Below are positions 45,665 through 54,313 of a DNA stretch of 64,000 nucleotides, piece after piece. Position 1 is the first letter of the stretch, and every line of letters starts with the position of its first letter. This DNA is from a virus: the IMG/VR virus record IMGVR_UViG_3300046028_008994; one strand, 5' to 3'. The notes below the pieces were generated by a model. It ran no database searches and was not told the origin of the DNA. It worked only from the letters and a program-made list of their open reading frames with translations. The translations under genes and the position numbers were made by a program.

Positions 45665-47284
45665 ATGCCAATATTTTTTACAGACTCAGCGAGTATAGAT
45701 AATTTAAGTGTAACAGGAAGTATAAGAATTTCAGGTTCACTTGTAGTTAACGGAACTATCTCTGGTTCGTTAAGTGGTACTTCATCATACGCTACAAATG
45801 CTTTAAGTTCATCATTTGCTTTAACATCGTCTATAGCGACAAGTTCATCATTTGCATCTACTGCTTCATTTGCTCCAGCATATACAACCCTAACTTCTTT
45901 TAATAGTTTCACTGGATCATTTAGAACAGGTTCGTTTACAGGATCGTTTACAGGAAGTGTTTTAGGAACATCAAGTTATGCTACTCAAGCCTTAAGTTCA
46001 TCATTTGCAGCAACCGCTTCATTATTATTAGGAAGTGTAGTAAGTGCTTCATATGCATCTACTGCTTCTATTGCAACAAGCTCTTCATATGCGGCGACAG
46101 CATCATTATTATTAGGAAGTATTCAAAGTGCATCGTATGCCTTAAGTTCTTCTTACTCATTAACAGCATCATTTGCTTTAAATGGTGGTGGAGGTGGGCC
46201 TGCGTTTCCGTTTGTAGGAGCTGCTGTAATAACAGGAAGTTTAATAGTATCAGGTTCAAGTAATACTGTAGGAATAATAGGAAGTGGATCGAATATATTT
46301 AACATTTCAGGTTCACAAGGAAGTATATTTCAAGTATCAGAAAACGCAACATCAGAATTATTAACAGTTACTTCAGCTTCAGTTGATGTATTATCTGTTA
46401 CAACTACCGGTGCTAGTATAACTGGTAGTTTAAGAGTAACTAGTGGAATAACAGGATCTTTATTAGGTACTGCATCTTATGCAACTCAAGCCTTATCATC
46501 TTCGTTTGCAATAAGCTCATCAAGAGCTGTTAGTTCATCATTTGCTTCTACAGCCTCTATAGCGACAAGTTCATCATTTGCATCTACAGCATCATTTGCT
46601 CCTGCTTATACAACTTTAACCACATTTAATAGTTTTACTAGTTCTTATAGAAGTGGATCATTCACAGGTTCATTTACTGGAAGTTTGTTAGGAACATCAT
46701 CTTTTGCTACAAATGCTCTAAGTTCTTCATTTGCATCTACAGCATCTTTTTTATTAGGAAGTGTAGTTAGTGCCTCATATGCATTAACAGCATCATTCTT
46801 ATCAGGAAATGCAATAAGTTCATCATTCGCTTCAACTTCTTCTTTACCTTTACAAGGCATAATAACTGCATCAGCATTAAATACAACAATAACATTTACA
46901 AAAGGAGACGGAACAACATTCCCTGTAACAGTATCTCAATCAGGATCTATAGCAACAGCATCTTATGCTTTATTTGCAGAACAAGCTTTAAGTTCTTCAT
47001 TTGCATCAACAGCATCTTATGTTTTAGGTGGTGGTTCTGGAACAGTAACTTCTGTTGCTGCTTTGACAATTAGTACAACAGGTACTGATGTAAGTAGTTC
47101 AGTAGTGAATCCAACTACAACACCTGTTATTACTCTTAACATACCTACTGCAGATGCTACAAATAGGGGAGCATTAAGTCCATCAGATTGGACTACATTT
47201 AATGACAAACAAAAAGCAATCACAAGCGGAACAGCAGCACCTTCAGGCGGTTCTGATGGAGATATTTATTTACAATATGTTTAA
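45665..47284 (+). CDS. Ser/Thr-rich repeat fibre protein 3
   Basis: Same repeats; C-terminal GALSPSDWTTFNDKQ and GTAAPSGGSDGDIYLQY fibre motifs. Confidence 0.7.
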   Translation: MPIFFTDSASIDNLSVTGSIRISGSLVVNGTISGSLSGTSSYATNALSSSFALTSSIATSSSFASTASFAPAYTTLTSFNSFTGSFRTGSFTGSFTGSVLGTSSYATQALSSSFAATASLLLGSVVSASYASTASIATSSSYAATASLLLGSIQSASYALSSSYSLTASFALNGGGGGPAFPFVGAAVITGSLIVSGSSNTVGIIGSGSNIFNISGSQGSIFQVSENATSELLTVTSASVDVLSVTTTGASITGSLRVTSGITGSLLGTASYATQALSSSFAISSSRAVSSSFASTASIATSSSFASTASFAPAYTTLTTFNSFTSSYRSGSFTGSFTGSLLGTSSFATNALSSSFASTASFLLGSVVSASYALTASFLSGNAISSSFASTSSLPLQGIITASALNTTITFTKGDGTTFPVTVSQSGSIATASYALFAEQALSSSFASTASYVLGGGSGTVTSVAALTISTTGTDVSSSVVNPTTTPVITLNIPTADATNRGALSPSDWTTFNDKQKAITSGTAAPSGGSDGDIYLQYV

Positions 47285-47338
47285 CATATTTATATATGCA
47301 TAATCTATAATCTAAAAAACAATACAATTAAATAAAAT

Positions 47339-47545
47339 ATGAAAGTAATTAGTAAGACGGAGTCATTTCTATATCTATCAGATGGTGGAGATTGGGCATT
47401 ACAAGTTGGTAACGAAAGTTTTGAGATACTACCACAAGCAGGTGGTTTGGTATATCAATCGGGAGTTAATCTTGACAATTTAGCTAACCTAATCATAGAG
47501 GCAAAAGAACACGCAATACAAAATGAAATAATATGGCAGCAATAA
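47339..47545 (+). CDS. small hypothetical protein
   Basis: First ORF of the GC-richer module; motif CATATTTATA at 47285-94. Confidence 0.5.
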   Translation: MKVISKTESFLYLSDGGDWALQVGNESFEILPQAGGLVYQSGVNLDNLANLIIEAKEHAIQNEIIWQQ

Positions 47546-48381
47546 CAGACTTATCTGATTTAATTAACAGACAATCAGGCGGCAATAGTGGTACTCCTGA
47601 AAATATCTTTTTTCACAAAGTACCTCGTGTTGCAGGTGTTACTGCAACTTCACCAATATCAGGTAGGGGATGTTCTCTTTGGGAGTATGATGGTATGCCT
47701 GCAAAAGGTGCAGTCCCAACAATAGGTTCAATACCTGACCGTACAACTCAGGGTGCAATACCTTTTACTGCCGCAGGTGGTGGTAGAGATAAACACTTAA
47801 TTGGGGCATCTATTACACCATTAACCGCAGGCGTGTATTTATTGTACGATAGGTTATTTCACGAGGGTGGGTTAAATGCAACTTTAACATCTGCACAAAC
47901 AATTCAAGGGTCAACTCCAACTCCTGCATTAACAAGGAATACGGGAGGTGCAGGGAACATAGCGTTTTATGAAATTTACACTATTATAGGAACAACATCT
48001 ACAACTCTCACAATGACCTACACAAACCAAGCAGGTACGGGAAGTAGAACATCAACTATTAACATAGGTGCAACGGGTTTCCGTGAGGTTACAAGAATGC
48101 AAAGAATACCTTTAGCAGCGGGTGATAGTGGAATACAAGCAATAGAGCAAATACAATTAACTGCTACTACGGGAACTGCAGGTAACTTCGGTATAACCAT
48201 TGCTCAACCTTTGGCTTGGATACCTGTTGGGGCAGGTGGTACAATGGGGTGGAGAGATTACACAACAGGATTGCCCGGCATACCCGTTATTGACCCTAAT
48301 GCTTGTTTAGCACTAATGTTTATTCCAAGTGCTGCAACTGCACCTGAATTATTTGGTTCATTAGCAACAATTGAAAAATAA
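47533..48381 (+). CDS. putative virion protein, paralogue A
   Basis: Shares GGLNATLT.AQT, IPL.AGD.G, TATTGTAGNFG and DP.ACLA with the next ORF. Confidence 0.6.
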   Translation: MAAITDLSDLINRQSGGNSGTPENIFFHKVPRVAGVTATSPISGRGCSLWEYDGMPAKGAVPTIGSIPDRTTQGAIPFTAAGGGRDKHLIGASITPLTAGVYLLYDRLFHEGGLNATLTSAQTIQGSTPTPALTRNTGGAGNIAFYEIYTIIGTTSTTLTMTYTNQAGTGSRTSTINIGATGFREVTRMQRIPLAAGDSGIQAIEQIQLTATTGTAGNFGITIAQPLAWIPVGAGGTMGWRDYTTGLPGIPVIDPNACLALMFIPSAATAPELFGSLATIEK

Positions 48382-49190
48382 TGGCACTAACAGACTTTGA
48401 TGAATATGTAGAAAAGCTAAAAGAAAATCGTGTTGCAGATTTTCAGCTATCCACATCAATCGCTAGAACTTTGCGATTGAACGCAAGTTGGCAATCTTTT
48501 AATCCTGCACCTGCCGTACCTACTACAAGCGTTGCTCTTAATAAGGATTCTGCACAATCAATGGGACCTATCCCTGACATATCAACAGGGCGACTTACAT
48601 TTTTGGGCGGTAGATTTAATACTTCAACATTTGGCGCAGGCGGTATGCTTTTAGTTGATTTGTTAAATGTTAGCGGAGGACTGAATGCTACTTTAACAAC
48701 AGCTCAAACAACCAACTTACCAACCGCACCATTAACAAGATATACATCGGGTGAGGGAGTTATGGCAGGGATAGTAGTTTATACACAAGTAGGAAACACA
48801 GTTACAACGGTAACAATAAGCTACACAAATTCAGCGGGTGTGAGTGGTAGAACATCTACTGCCACAACAATTGGTGCAGGTTTTTATAGAGAAGTAGGAT
48901 TGTTAATTCCAATACCATTACAAGCAGGTGATACAGGTGTGGAAAGTATTGAATCAGTAACCGTTACTGCCACCACAGGAACGGCAGGCAATTTTGGGGT
49001 GTGTATGTTCAAGCCTTTAGCAATGATTTCATTGGAAAGTGCAACAGGTGCAATGCCATTAGATTCAGTTAGTACAGGTTGCATTATCGGTTCTTTGGCA
49101 GAAATAGACCCTGATGCTTGCCTTGCAATTAGTGTATTTTCTGCAGTATCAACATCACTAACAGGTGCTATAATTTTAACAGAAGCATAA
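48381..49190 (+). CDS. putative virion protein, paralogue B
   Basis: Paralogue of 47533; TAATG coupling. Confidence 0.6.
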   Translation: MALTDFDEYVEKLKENRVADFQLSTSIARTLRLNASWQSFNPAPAVPTTSVALNKDSAQSMGPIPDISTGRLTFLGGRFNTSTFGAGGMLLVDLLNVSGGLNATLTTAQTTNLPTAPLTRYTSGEGVMAGIVVYTQVGNTVTTVTISYTNSAGVSGRTSTATTIGAGFYREVGLLIPIPLQAGDTGVESIESVTVTATTGTAGNFGVCMFKPLAMISLESATGAMPLDSVSTGCIIGSLAEIDPDACLAISVFSAVSTSLTGAIILTEA

Positions 49191-49191
49191 A

Positions 49192-49383
49192 ATGGCAACA
49201 AGAAGATTATTTGATGGGGCGCAGATTGAAATAGGACAAGTACCTATTGAGCTACCAGTATCTGGAAACATAATGTGGATTAAAATAGCAGGTGTGTGGA
49301 AAGATGCTATAACATGGATAAAAGTAGCTGGGGTATGGAAAACTGCAAATCCAAAAATTAAAATATCAGGAGTTTGGAGGTAA
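49192..49383 (+). CDS. small fibre-associated protein with WIK.AGVWK repeats
   Basis: Three x(I/V)K(I/V)xGVW(K/R) repeats. Confidence 0.55.
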   Translation: MATRRLFDGAQIEIGQVPIELPVSGNIMWIKIAGVWKDAITWIKVAGVWKTANPKIKISGVWR

Positions 49384-49463
49384 AAACTGAAAATGATATA
49401 TCAGAAATAGAATAAACACTTATAATACGTTACTTAACAGTTAAATTATTAATTAAATAAAAA

Positions 49464-49706
49464 ATGAAAGCTAAAGAATTTTTAAATGGAAAAACATTAA
49501 CAGCAGTAGAAACTGTAAATAATTTAATCATAAACCTAGTAATAGAGGAAACACTTTATGGATTAAAAATAGATACATCATCTATCCTATCAGGAACAAA
49601 ATTAATTAGAACTAACCAGTTTGAAATTCAAGATGATATTTTAACTGTAGGTATTATATCAATGGATTTAACAACAACTGATATGTTGGCTAAAGACATT
49701 GAATAA
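49464..49706 (+). CDS. small hypothetical protein
   Basis: A-rich leader, intact ORF. Confidence 0.5.
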   Translation: MKAKEFLNGKTLTAVETVNNLIINLVIEETLYGLKIDTSSILSGTKLIRTNQFEIQDDILTVGIISMDLTTTDMLAKDIE

Positions 49707-49762
49707 TAAAAAATAATACATTAAGTTTTAAAAAATCAATATTTTTTATATATTTATAATAA

Positions 49763-50560
49763 ATGGCTTTAAATCTTTCAACAACAGGTATAGTAGACGG
49801 GCAGATAATAAATGCAGCTCAAATAACTCAAAGTATAGACGCTTTAACAGGAACGGAAGCATATGATATCACCATCTCAGGTTCTTTTACTTTAGTAGGA
49901 ACAACAGGTAGTGGAACTTTTAACCGTTCAATTCAAACATTACAAGTAGAACCAAACACAACGATTCCATTAACTGATAGAGAATATAATATAGCTTTTT
50001 TTAACTCAACATCTTCAACTCCTACACCGTTAAAATGGAGTGGAACAGGTCCTTCTTTTAATCCGGTTACAGAAACATTAACAGTAACAAATTTTCAAGG
50101 TACTGCTTCATTTTGTGCTACTTCATCTTTAGCACAAACAGCATCTTTTTTAAGTGGTTTTCCATTCCAATTTGCTCCTTCATATGTTGATATTAGTAGT
50201 GGTACAAATCCACCAATTAATCCTTATAATGTGGTTGGAGGAAATAAATCATTTATATTTTTAAATCAAATAGGAACTGGATCTGTAGGATTGTTATTTT
50301 TACCATCATCACAAGATGGACAAATAATTAATTTTGCTGTAAGTAATGTACAATCAACTTCATTAGATTATTCACAAATTAGTATTACTGCTTCAGGTGT
50401 AGCTATTTTTGGATATAACAATTTAAATATTCCTTTAGGAGGAAGTGATACATTAGATGATTTAACGTTAAATCCAGCAACAGATAATCGCAATGGGTTT
50501 CAATTTATGTACAAAACAACACCAGTCCCAGGATGGTATTATATATCTTACGGACAATAA
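49763..50560 (+). CDS. putative tail/fibre virion protein
   Basis: Motif TATATTTATA at 49749-58; AYDITISGS; S/T-rich. Confidence 0.55.
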   Translation: MALNLSTTGIVDGQIINAAQITQSIDALTGTEAYDITISGSFTLVGTTGSGTFNRSIQTLQVEPNTTIPLTDREYNIAFFNSTSSTPTPLKWSGTGPSFNPVTETLTVTNFQGTASFCATSSLAQTASFLSGFPFQFAPSYVDISSGTNPPINPYNVVGGNKSFIFLNQIGTGSVGLLFLPSSQDGQIINFAVSNVQSTSLDYSQISITASGVAIFGYNNLNIPLGGSDTLDDLTLNPATDNRNGFQFMYKTTPVPGWYYISYGQ

Positions 50561-50576
50561 TAATATTTATAAACAT

Positions 50577-50828
50577 ATGGAAAAAACAGTTTTAACAACA
50601 GAAGAGTTACAATCATTAAAAGGTTTTCAAACAACAAGAAGTCAAATCATTAATGATTTTGGTGTAATTGAATTTCAAATTCAAGAATTAAAATCACAAA
50701 AAGAAATGATAATAAAAGTACTTTCAGATTTAAAAATCGAAGAAAATAAAGTTAGCCAACAATTGCAAGAAAAATATGGAGAAGGAAATATTGATTTAAA
50801 CAGTGGAGAATTCATTAGTTTAAATTAA
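50577..50828 (+). CDS. small coiled-coil protein (start revised to 50577)
   Basis: AATATTTATA at 50562-71; MEKTVLTTEEL...LQEKYGEGNIDLNSGEF. Confidence 0.65.
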   Translation: MEKTVLTTEELQSLKGFQTTRSQIINDFGVIEFQIQELKSQKEMIIKVLSDLKIEENKVSQQLQEKYGEGNIDLNSGEFISLN

Positions 50829-50888
50829 TTTTTAAAAACATCTACCATATTTATTACAGAACAATAAATAAAATAATAAATAAATAAC

Positions 50889-52613
50889 ATGGTAGAAACA
50901 TTAATATCTCCTGGTGTTTTAGCGATTGAAAACGATCAATCATTCATAACCCAACAACCAGTAACCGTAGGTGCGGCTATTATTGGTCCAACAGTTAAAG
51001 GTCCTGTAGAAGTTCCAACAATTGTTACTTCTTACAGTGATTATCAAAACAAATTTGGTACTACTTTTATTAGTGGTAGTCAAGTTTATAGCTATTTTAC
51101 ATCAATAGCTGCTTACAACTATTTTAACAACGGTGGTCAAACATTGTTAGTTTCTCGTGTTGTAAGTGGTACTTTCAGTGAAGCAACTACTGAAGTAGGC
51201 GCAACTGGTTTAAATGGTATCACAAATGCTAACACATCAGCTTCTTTAGTATTAGCTACTTTATCTGAAGGTACTATTATGAATAGTACAGGTAGTGAAG
51301 ATGCTAGTGGTGCTTTAGCTAGTGGATCAGCAGATAATATCAGATGGCAAATTACAAACAACGATACTGCTTCAGGTACTTTCTCATTATTAATTAGACA
51401 AGGTGATGATACTGTAAACGATCCTAGTATATTAGAAACTTGGACTAACTTATCAATGGACCCTACCGCTCCAAATTTTGTAACTAAAGTAATAGGTGAT
51501 TCTAAATCAAACTACAATTCTACTACAAATCAAATAGAAGTTTCAGGTTCAACTCCTAATTTCTCAAGATACGTAAGAGTAAAATCAGTATTAACTCCAA
51601 CTCCATTCTATTTTGATAACAACGGTGTTGCAAAATCACAATTTACAGGTTCTATTCCAGTAAATAAAAGTGGTTCATTCGGTAATGCTACTGGTAATTT
51701 ATTTGGTGCTGGCGCTGCTTATTATGAAACTATAACAAGTGGTAACAATTCACAAGGTCTTCCAAGTGCAAGTTACAACAACATGATTAGTTTGTTATCT
51801 AATCAAGATGATTATAGATTTAACGTATTAATAGCTCCTGGTTTATTCAATTCATTACAAACTTCTCAAGTTACAAGTGTAATTAATAACACTCAAAACA
51901 GAGGTGATAATATTTTTGTACTTGATTTAGTTCCTTATAATGTAAATACAATAGCATCAGTAACAGCACAATCAACTTCAAGAAATACTTCATATGCTGC
52001 TTCATATTGGCCTTGGCTTCAAACAATTGACCCAGATTCAGGACAACGTGTTTGGGTACCAGCTTCAACAATGGTAGCAGGTGTGTATGCATTTAATGAT
52101 AGCGTAAGTGAGCCTTGGTTTGCACCTGCAGGTATTAATAGAGGTGGATTATCTACTGTTATTAGAGCAGCTCAAAAATTATCACAAACTCAAAGAGATA
52201 CTTTATATAATAATAAAGTAAATCCAATTGCAACATTCCCAGGTACTGGAGTTGTAGTATATGGACAAAAAACATTACAAACAAAAGCATCTTCATTAGA
52301 TAGAGTAAATGTTCGTAGATTATTAATTTCATTAAAATCATATATTTCTCAAGTTGCTAATAACTTAGTATTTGAACAAAATAGTATAGCTACTCGTAAT
52401 GCTTTCTTAGCACAAGTAAATCCATACTTAACATCAGTTCAACAAAGACAAGGATTATTTGCATTTAAAGTAGTAATGGATGATTCAAACAATACGCCAG
52501 ATGTAATTGATAGAAATCAATTAGTAGGTCAAATCTATTTACAACCAACTAAAACTGCTGAATTTATTTACTTAAACTTCAACATTTTACCTACAGGAGT
52601 AAGTTTCGAATAA
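50889..52613 (+). CDS. gp18: contractile tail sheath protein
   Basis: SPGVLAIEND, GPTVKGP, YWPW, WFAPAGINRG, VYGQKT, RVNVRRL, LQPTKTAEFI. Confidence 0.97.
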   Translation: MVETLISPGVLAIENDQSFITQQPVTVGAAIIGPTVKGPVEVPTIVTSYSDYQNKFGTTFISGSQVYSYFTSIAAYNYFNNGGQTLLVSRVVSGTFSEATTEVGATGLNGITNANTSASLVLATLSEGTIMNSTGSEDASGALASGSADNIRWQITNNDTASGTFSLLIRQGDDTVNDPSILETWTNLSMDPTAPNFVTKVIGDSKSNYNSTTNQIEVSGSTPNFSRYVRVKSVLTPTPFYFDNNGVAKSQFTGSIPVNKSGSFGNATGNLFGAGAAYYETITSGNNSQGLPSASYNNMISLLSNQDDYRFNVLIAPGLFNSLQTSQVTSVINNTQNRGDNIFVLDLVPYNVNTIASVTAQSTSRNTSYAASYWPWLQTIDPDSGQRVWVPASTMVAGVYAFNDSVSEPWFAPAGINRGGLSTVIRAAQKLSQTQRDTLYNNKVNPIATFPGTGVVVYGQKTLQTKASSLDRVNVRRLLISLKSYISQVANNLVFEQNSIATRNAFLAQVNPYLTSVQQRQGLFAFKVVMDDSNNTPDVIDRNQLVGQIYLQPTKTAEFIYLNFNILPTGVSFE

Positions 52614-52627
52614 TTTTTTAAAAACAT

Positions 52628-52637
52628 AATATTTATA
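52628..52637 (+). promoter_or_regulatory. late-gene motif AATATTTATA
   Basis: Before the tail tube gene. Confidence 0.72.
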
Positions 52638-52660
52638 ACAAAATTAAATAAAATAAAAAC

Positions 52661-53149
52661 ATGGCAGTATTAGATCCAAACGAAATATTTTTCACAGCAT
52701 TTGAACCAAAACAACAAAATAGATTTATTATGTATGTTGACGGTATACCTTCGTATATAATTAAGGGAGTAAACGCTGTGACGCTAACCCAAGATAGTAT
52801 TCCTCTTAACCATATAAACGTACAACGTTTCGTTAAAGGTAAATCTAAATGGGGTGAAATCCAATTAACATTATTTGATCCAATTACACCTTCGGGTGCT
52901 CAGGCAGTAATGGAATGGGTACGTTTACATCACGAATCTGTAACAGGTAGAGATGGTTATTCTGACTTCTATAAGAAAGATTTAACAATAGATGTTTTAG
53001 GTCCAGTAGGTGATATTGTATCAGAATGGATTATTAAAGGTGCATTAATTACAAATGCTAACTTTGGTGATTATAGCTGGGATAATGAATCAACAGCACA
53101 AAATATCCAAATTACAGTACAACCAGATTATTGTGTATTAAACTTCTAA
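52661..53149 (+). CDS. gp19: tail tube protein
   Basis: EPKQQNRF, KGKSKW..I.LTL.D, YKKDL..DVLGP.G; synteny after sheath. Confidence 0.9.
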   Translation: MAVLDPNEIFFTAFEPKQQNRFIMYVDGIPSYIIKGVNAVTLTQDSIPLNHINVQRFVKGKSKWGEIQLTLFDPITPSGAQAVMEWVRLHHESVTGRDGYSDFYKKDLTIDVLGPVGDIVSEWIIKGALITNANFGDYSWDNESTAQNIQITVQPDYCVLNF

Positions 53150-53172
53150 TTAATAAAAATAATTTTAAAGAT

Positions 53173-53203
53173 AGCTCGCAATTTTTGCGAGCTTCTTTTT
53201 TTC
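53173..53203 (+). terminator. intrinsic terminator
   Basis: AGCTCGCA-ATTTT-TGCGAGCT followed by a T-run. Confidence 0.88.
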
Positions 53204-53246
53204 TTATATATTTATATAGGACAAAAAGTTATAATAAATAAAAATT

Positions 53247-53984
53247 ATGGAAGAAAACAAATTTAGTTTCCCAACAGAAATTGTAGATTTACCTTCAAAA
53301 GGTTTAATTTACCCTGAAACATCTCCTTTATCATCTGGAACAGTTGAAATGAAATACATGACAGCTAGAGAAGAAGATATATTAACAAATCAATCCTATA
53401 TTCAAAAAGGGACAGTACTTGATAAATTACTTGAATCCTTAATTGTAACAAAAGGAGTAAATGTTAAAGATTTAATTGTTGGAGATAAAAATGCATTATT
53501 CGTTGCAGCTCGTGTTTTAGGATACGGTAAAGATTATTCATTTAATTATGCTGGAGGAGAAATAACAGTTGATTTATCAAAAGTAGAAAATAAATCTTTT
53601 GATGAATCTCAATTCACTAAAGGAATAAATGAATTTTCTTATACTTTACCTCATTCTAATAATAAAATTACCTATAAAATATTAACAGGAAATGATGAAA
53701 CAAATATTGATAAGGAAATTGAAGGATTAAAGAAAATTAACAAAGATTTCTCGCCAGAATTATCTACTCGTTTAAAATATATGATAACTTCAGTTGAAGG
53801 TGATAGAGATAATAAATCTATAAGAGAATTTGTTGATAATTTTTTATTAGCTAAAGATTCACGTGCTTTAAGAGAATACATTAAAAAAACACAACCTGAT
53901 GTTAATTTAACTTTCATAACTGATAGCGGAGTGGAGGTCGCTATCCCAATAGGGATTAACTTTTTTTGGCCTGACGCTGGATAA
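53247..53984 (+). CDS. tail assembly chaperone / baseplate hub assembly protein (T4 gp26-like)
   Basis: VDLPSKGLIYP, MKYMTAREEDIL, ends NFFWPDAG; between tube and tape measure. Confidence 0.75.
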   Translation: MEENKFSFPTEIVDLPSKGLIYPETSPLSSGTVEMKYMTAREEDILTNQSYIQKGTVLDKLLESLIVTKGVNVKDLIVGDKNALFVAARVLGYGKDYSFNYAGGEITVDLSKVENKSFDESQFTKGINEFSYTLPHSNNKITYKILTGNDETNIDKEIEGLKKINKDFSPELSTRLKYMITSVEGDRDNKSIREFVDNFLLAKDSRALREYIKKTQPDVNLTFITDSGVEVAIPIGINFFWPDAG

Positions 53985-54276
53985 TGCTCCTTTATTTCGT
54001 ATGAGTTTGTTTAAACAAATTCACGAAATAGTATTTCATGGTAATGGTGGTTTTGATTGGAATACAATTTACAATATGCCAATATGGTTACGTAAATATA
54101 CATTTTTACAAATTCAAAAACATTATGAAGATGAAGCATCAGAATATGAAAAAGCACAAAACGGAAGTAAAACAGTATTAATGGATTCATCAGGTAAAGT
54201 TAATAAATCCGAATTTAATAAAACTGCTAAACCTATTACACCACCAACATACATTACGAAGGCCTCTAAAAAATAG
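53962..54276 (+). CDS. second chaperone ORF, probably reached by frameshift (first ATG at 54001)
   Basis: Frame open from 53953 across the T7 run; YNMPIWLRKY motif typical of chaperone second halves. Confidence 0.6.
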   Translation, partial: FFGLTLDNAPLFRMSLFKQIHEIVFHGNGGFDWNTIYNMPIWLRKYTFLQIQKHYEDEASEYEKAQNGSKTVLMDSSGKVNKSEFNKTAKPITPPTYITKASKK

Positions 54277-54284
54277 AGGCTTTC
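54261..54284 (+). terminator. hairpin/terminator
   Basis: GCCTCTA-AAAAA-TAGAGGC followed by TTT. Confidence 0.55.
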
Positions 54285-54294
54285 AATATTTATA
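54285..54294 (+). promoter_or_regulatory. late-gene motif AATATTTATA
   Basis: Before the tape measure gene. Confidence 0.7.
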
Positions 54295-54313
54295 ATAAAT
54301 AATAAATAGACAG

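Noticed and set aside
38777-47284. CRISPR array or non-coding repeat array
   Set aside because: The repeats are in-frame coding repeats with synonymous variation and no constant-repeat/unique-spacer pattern.
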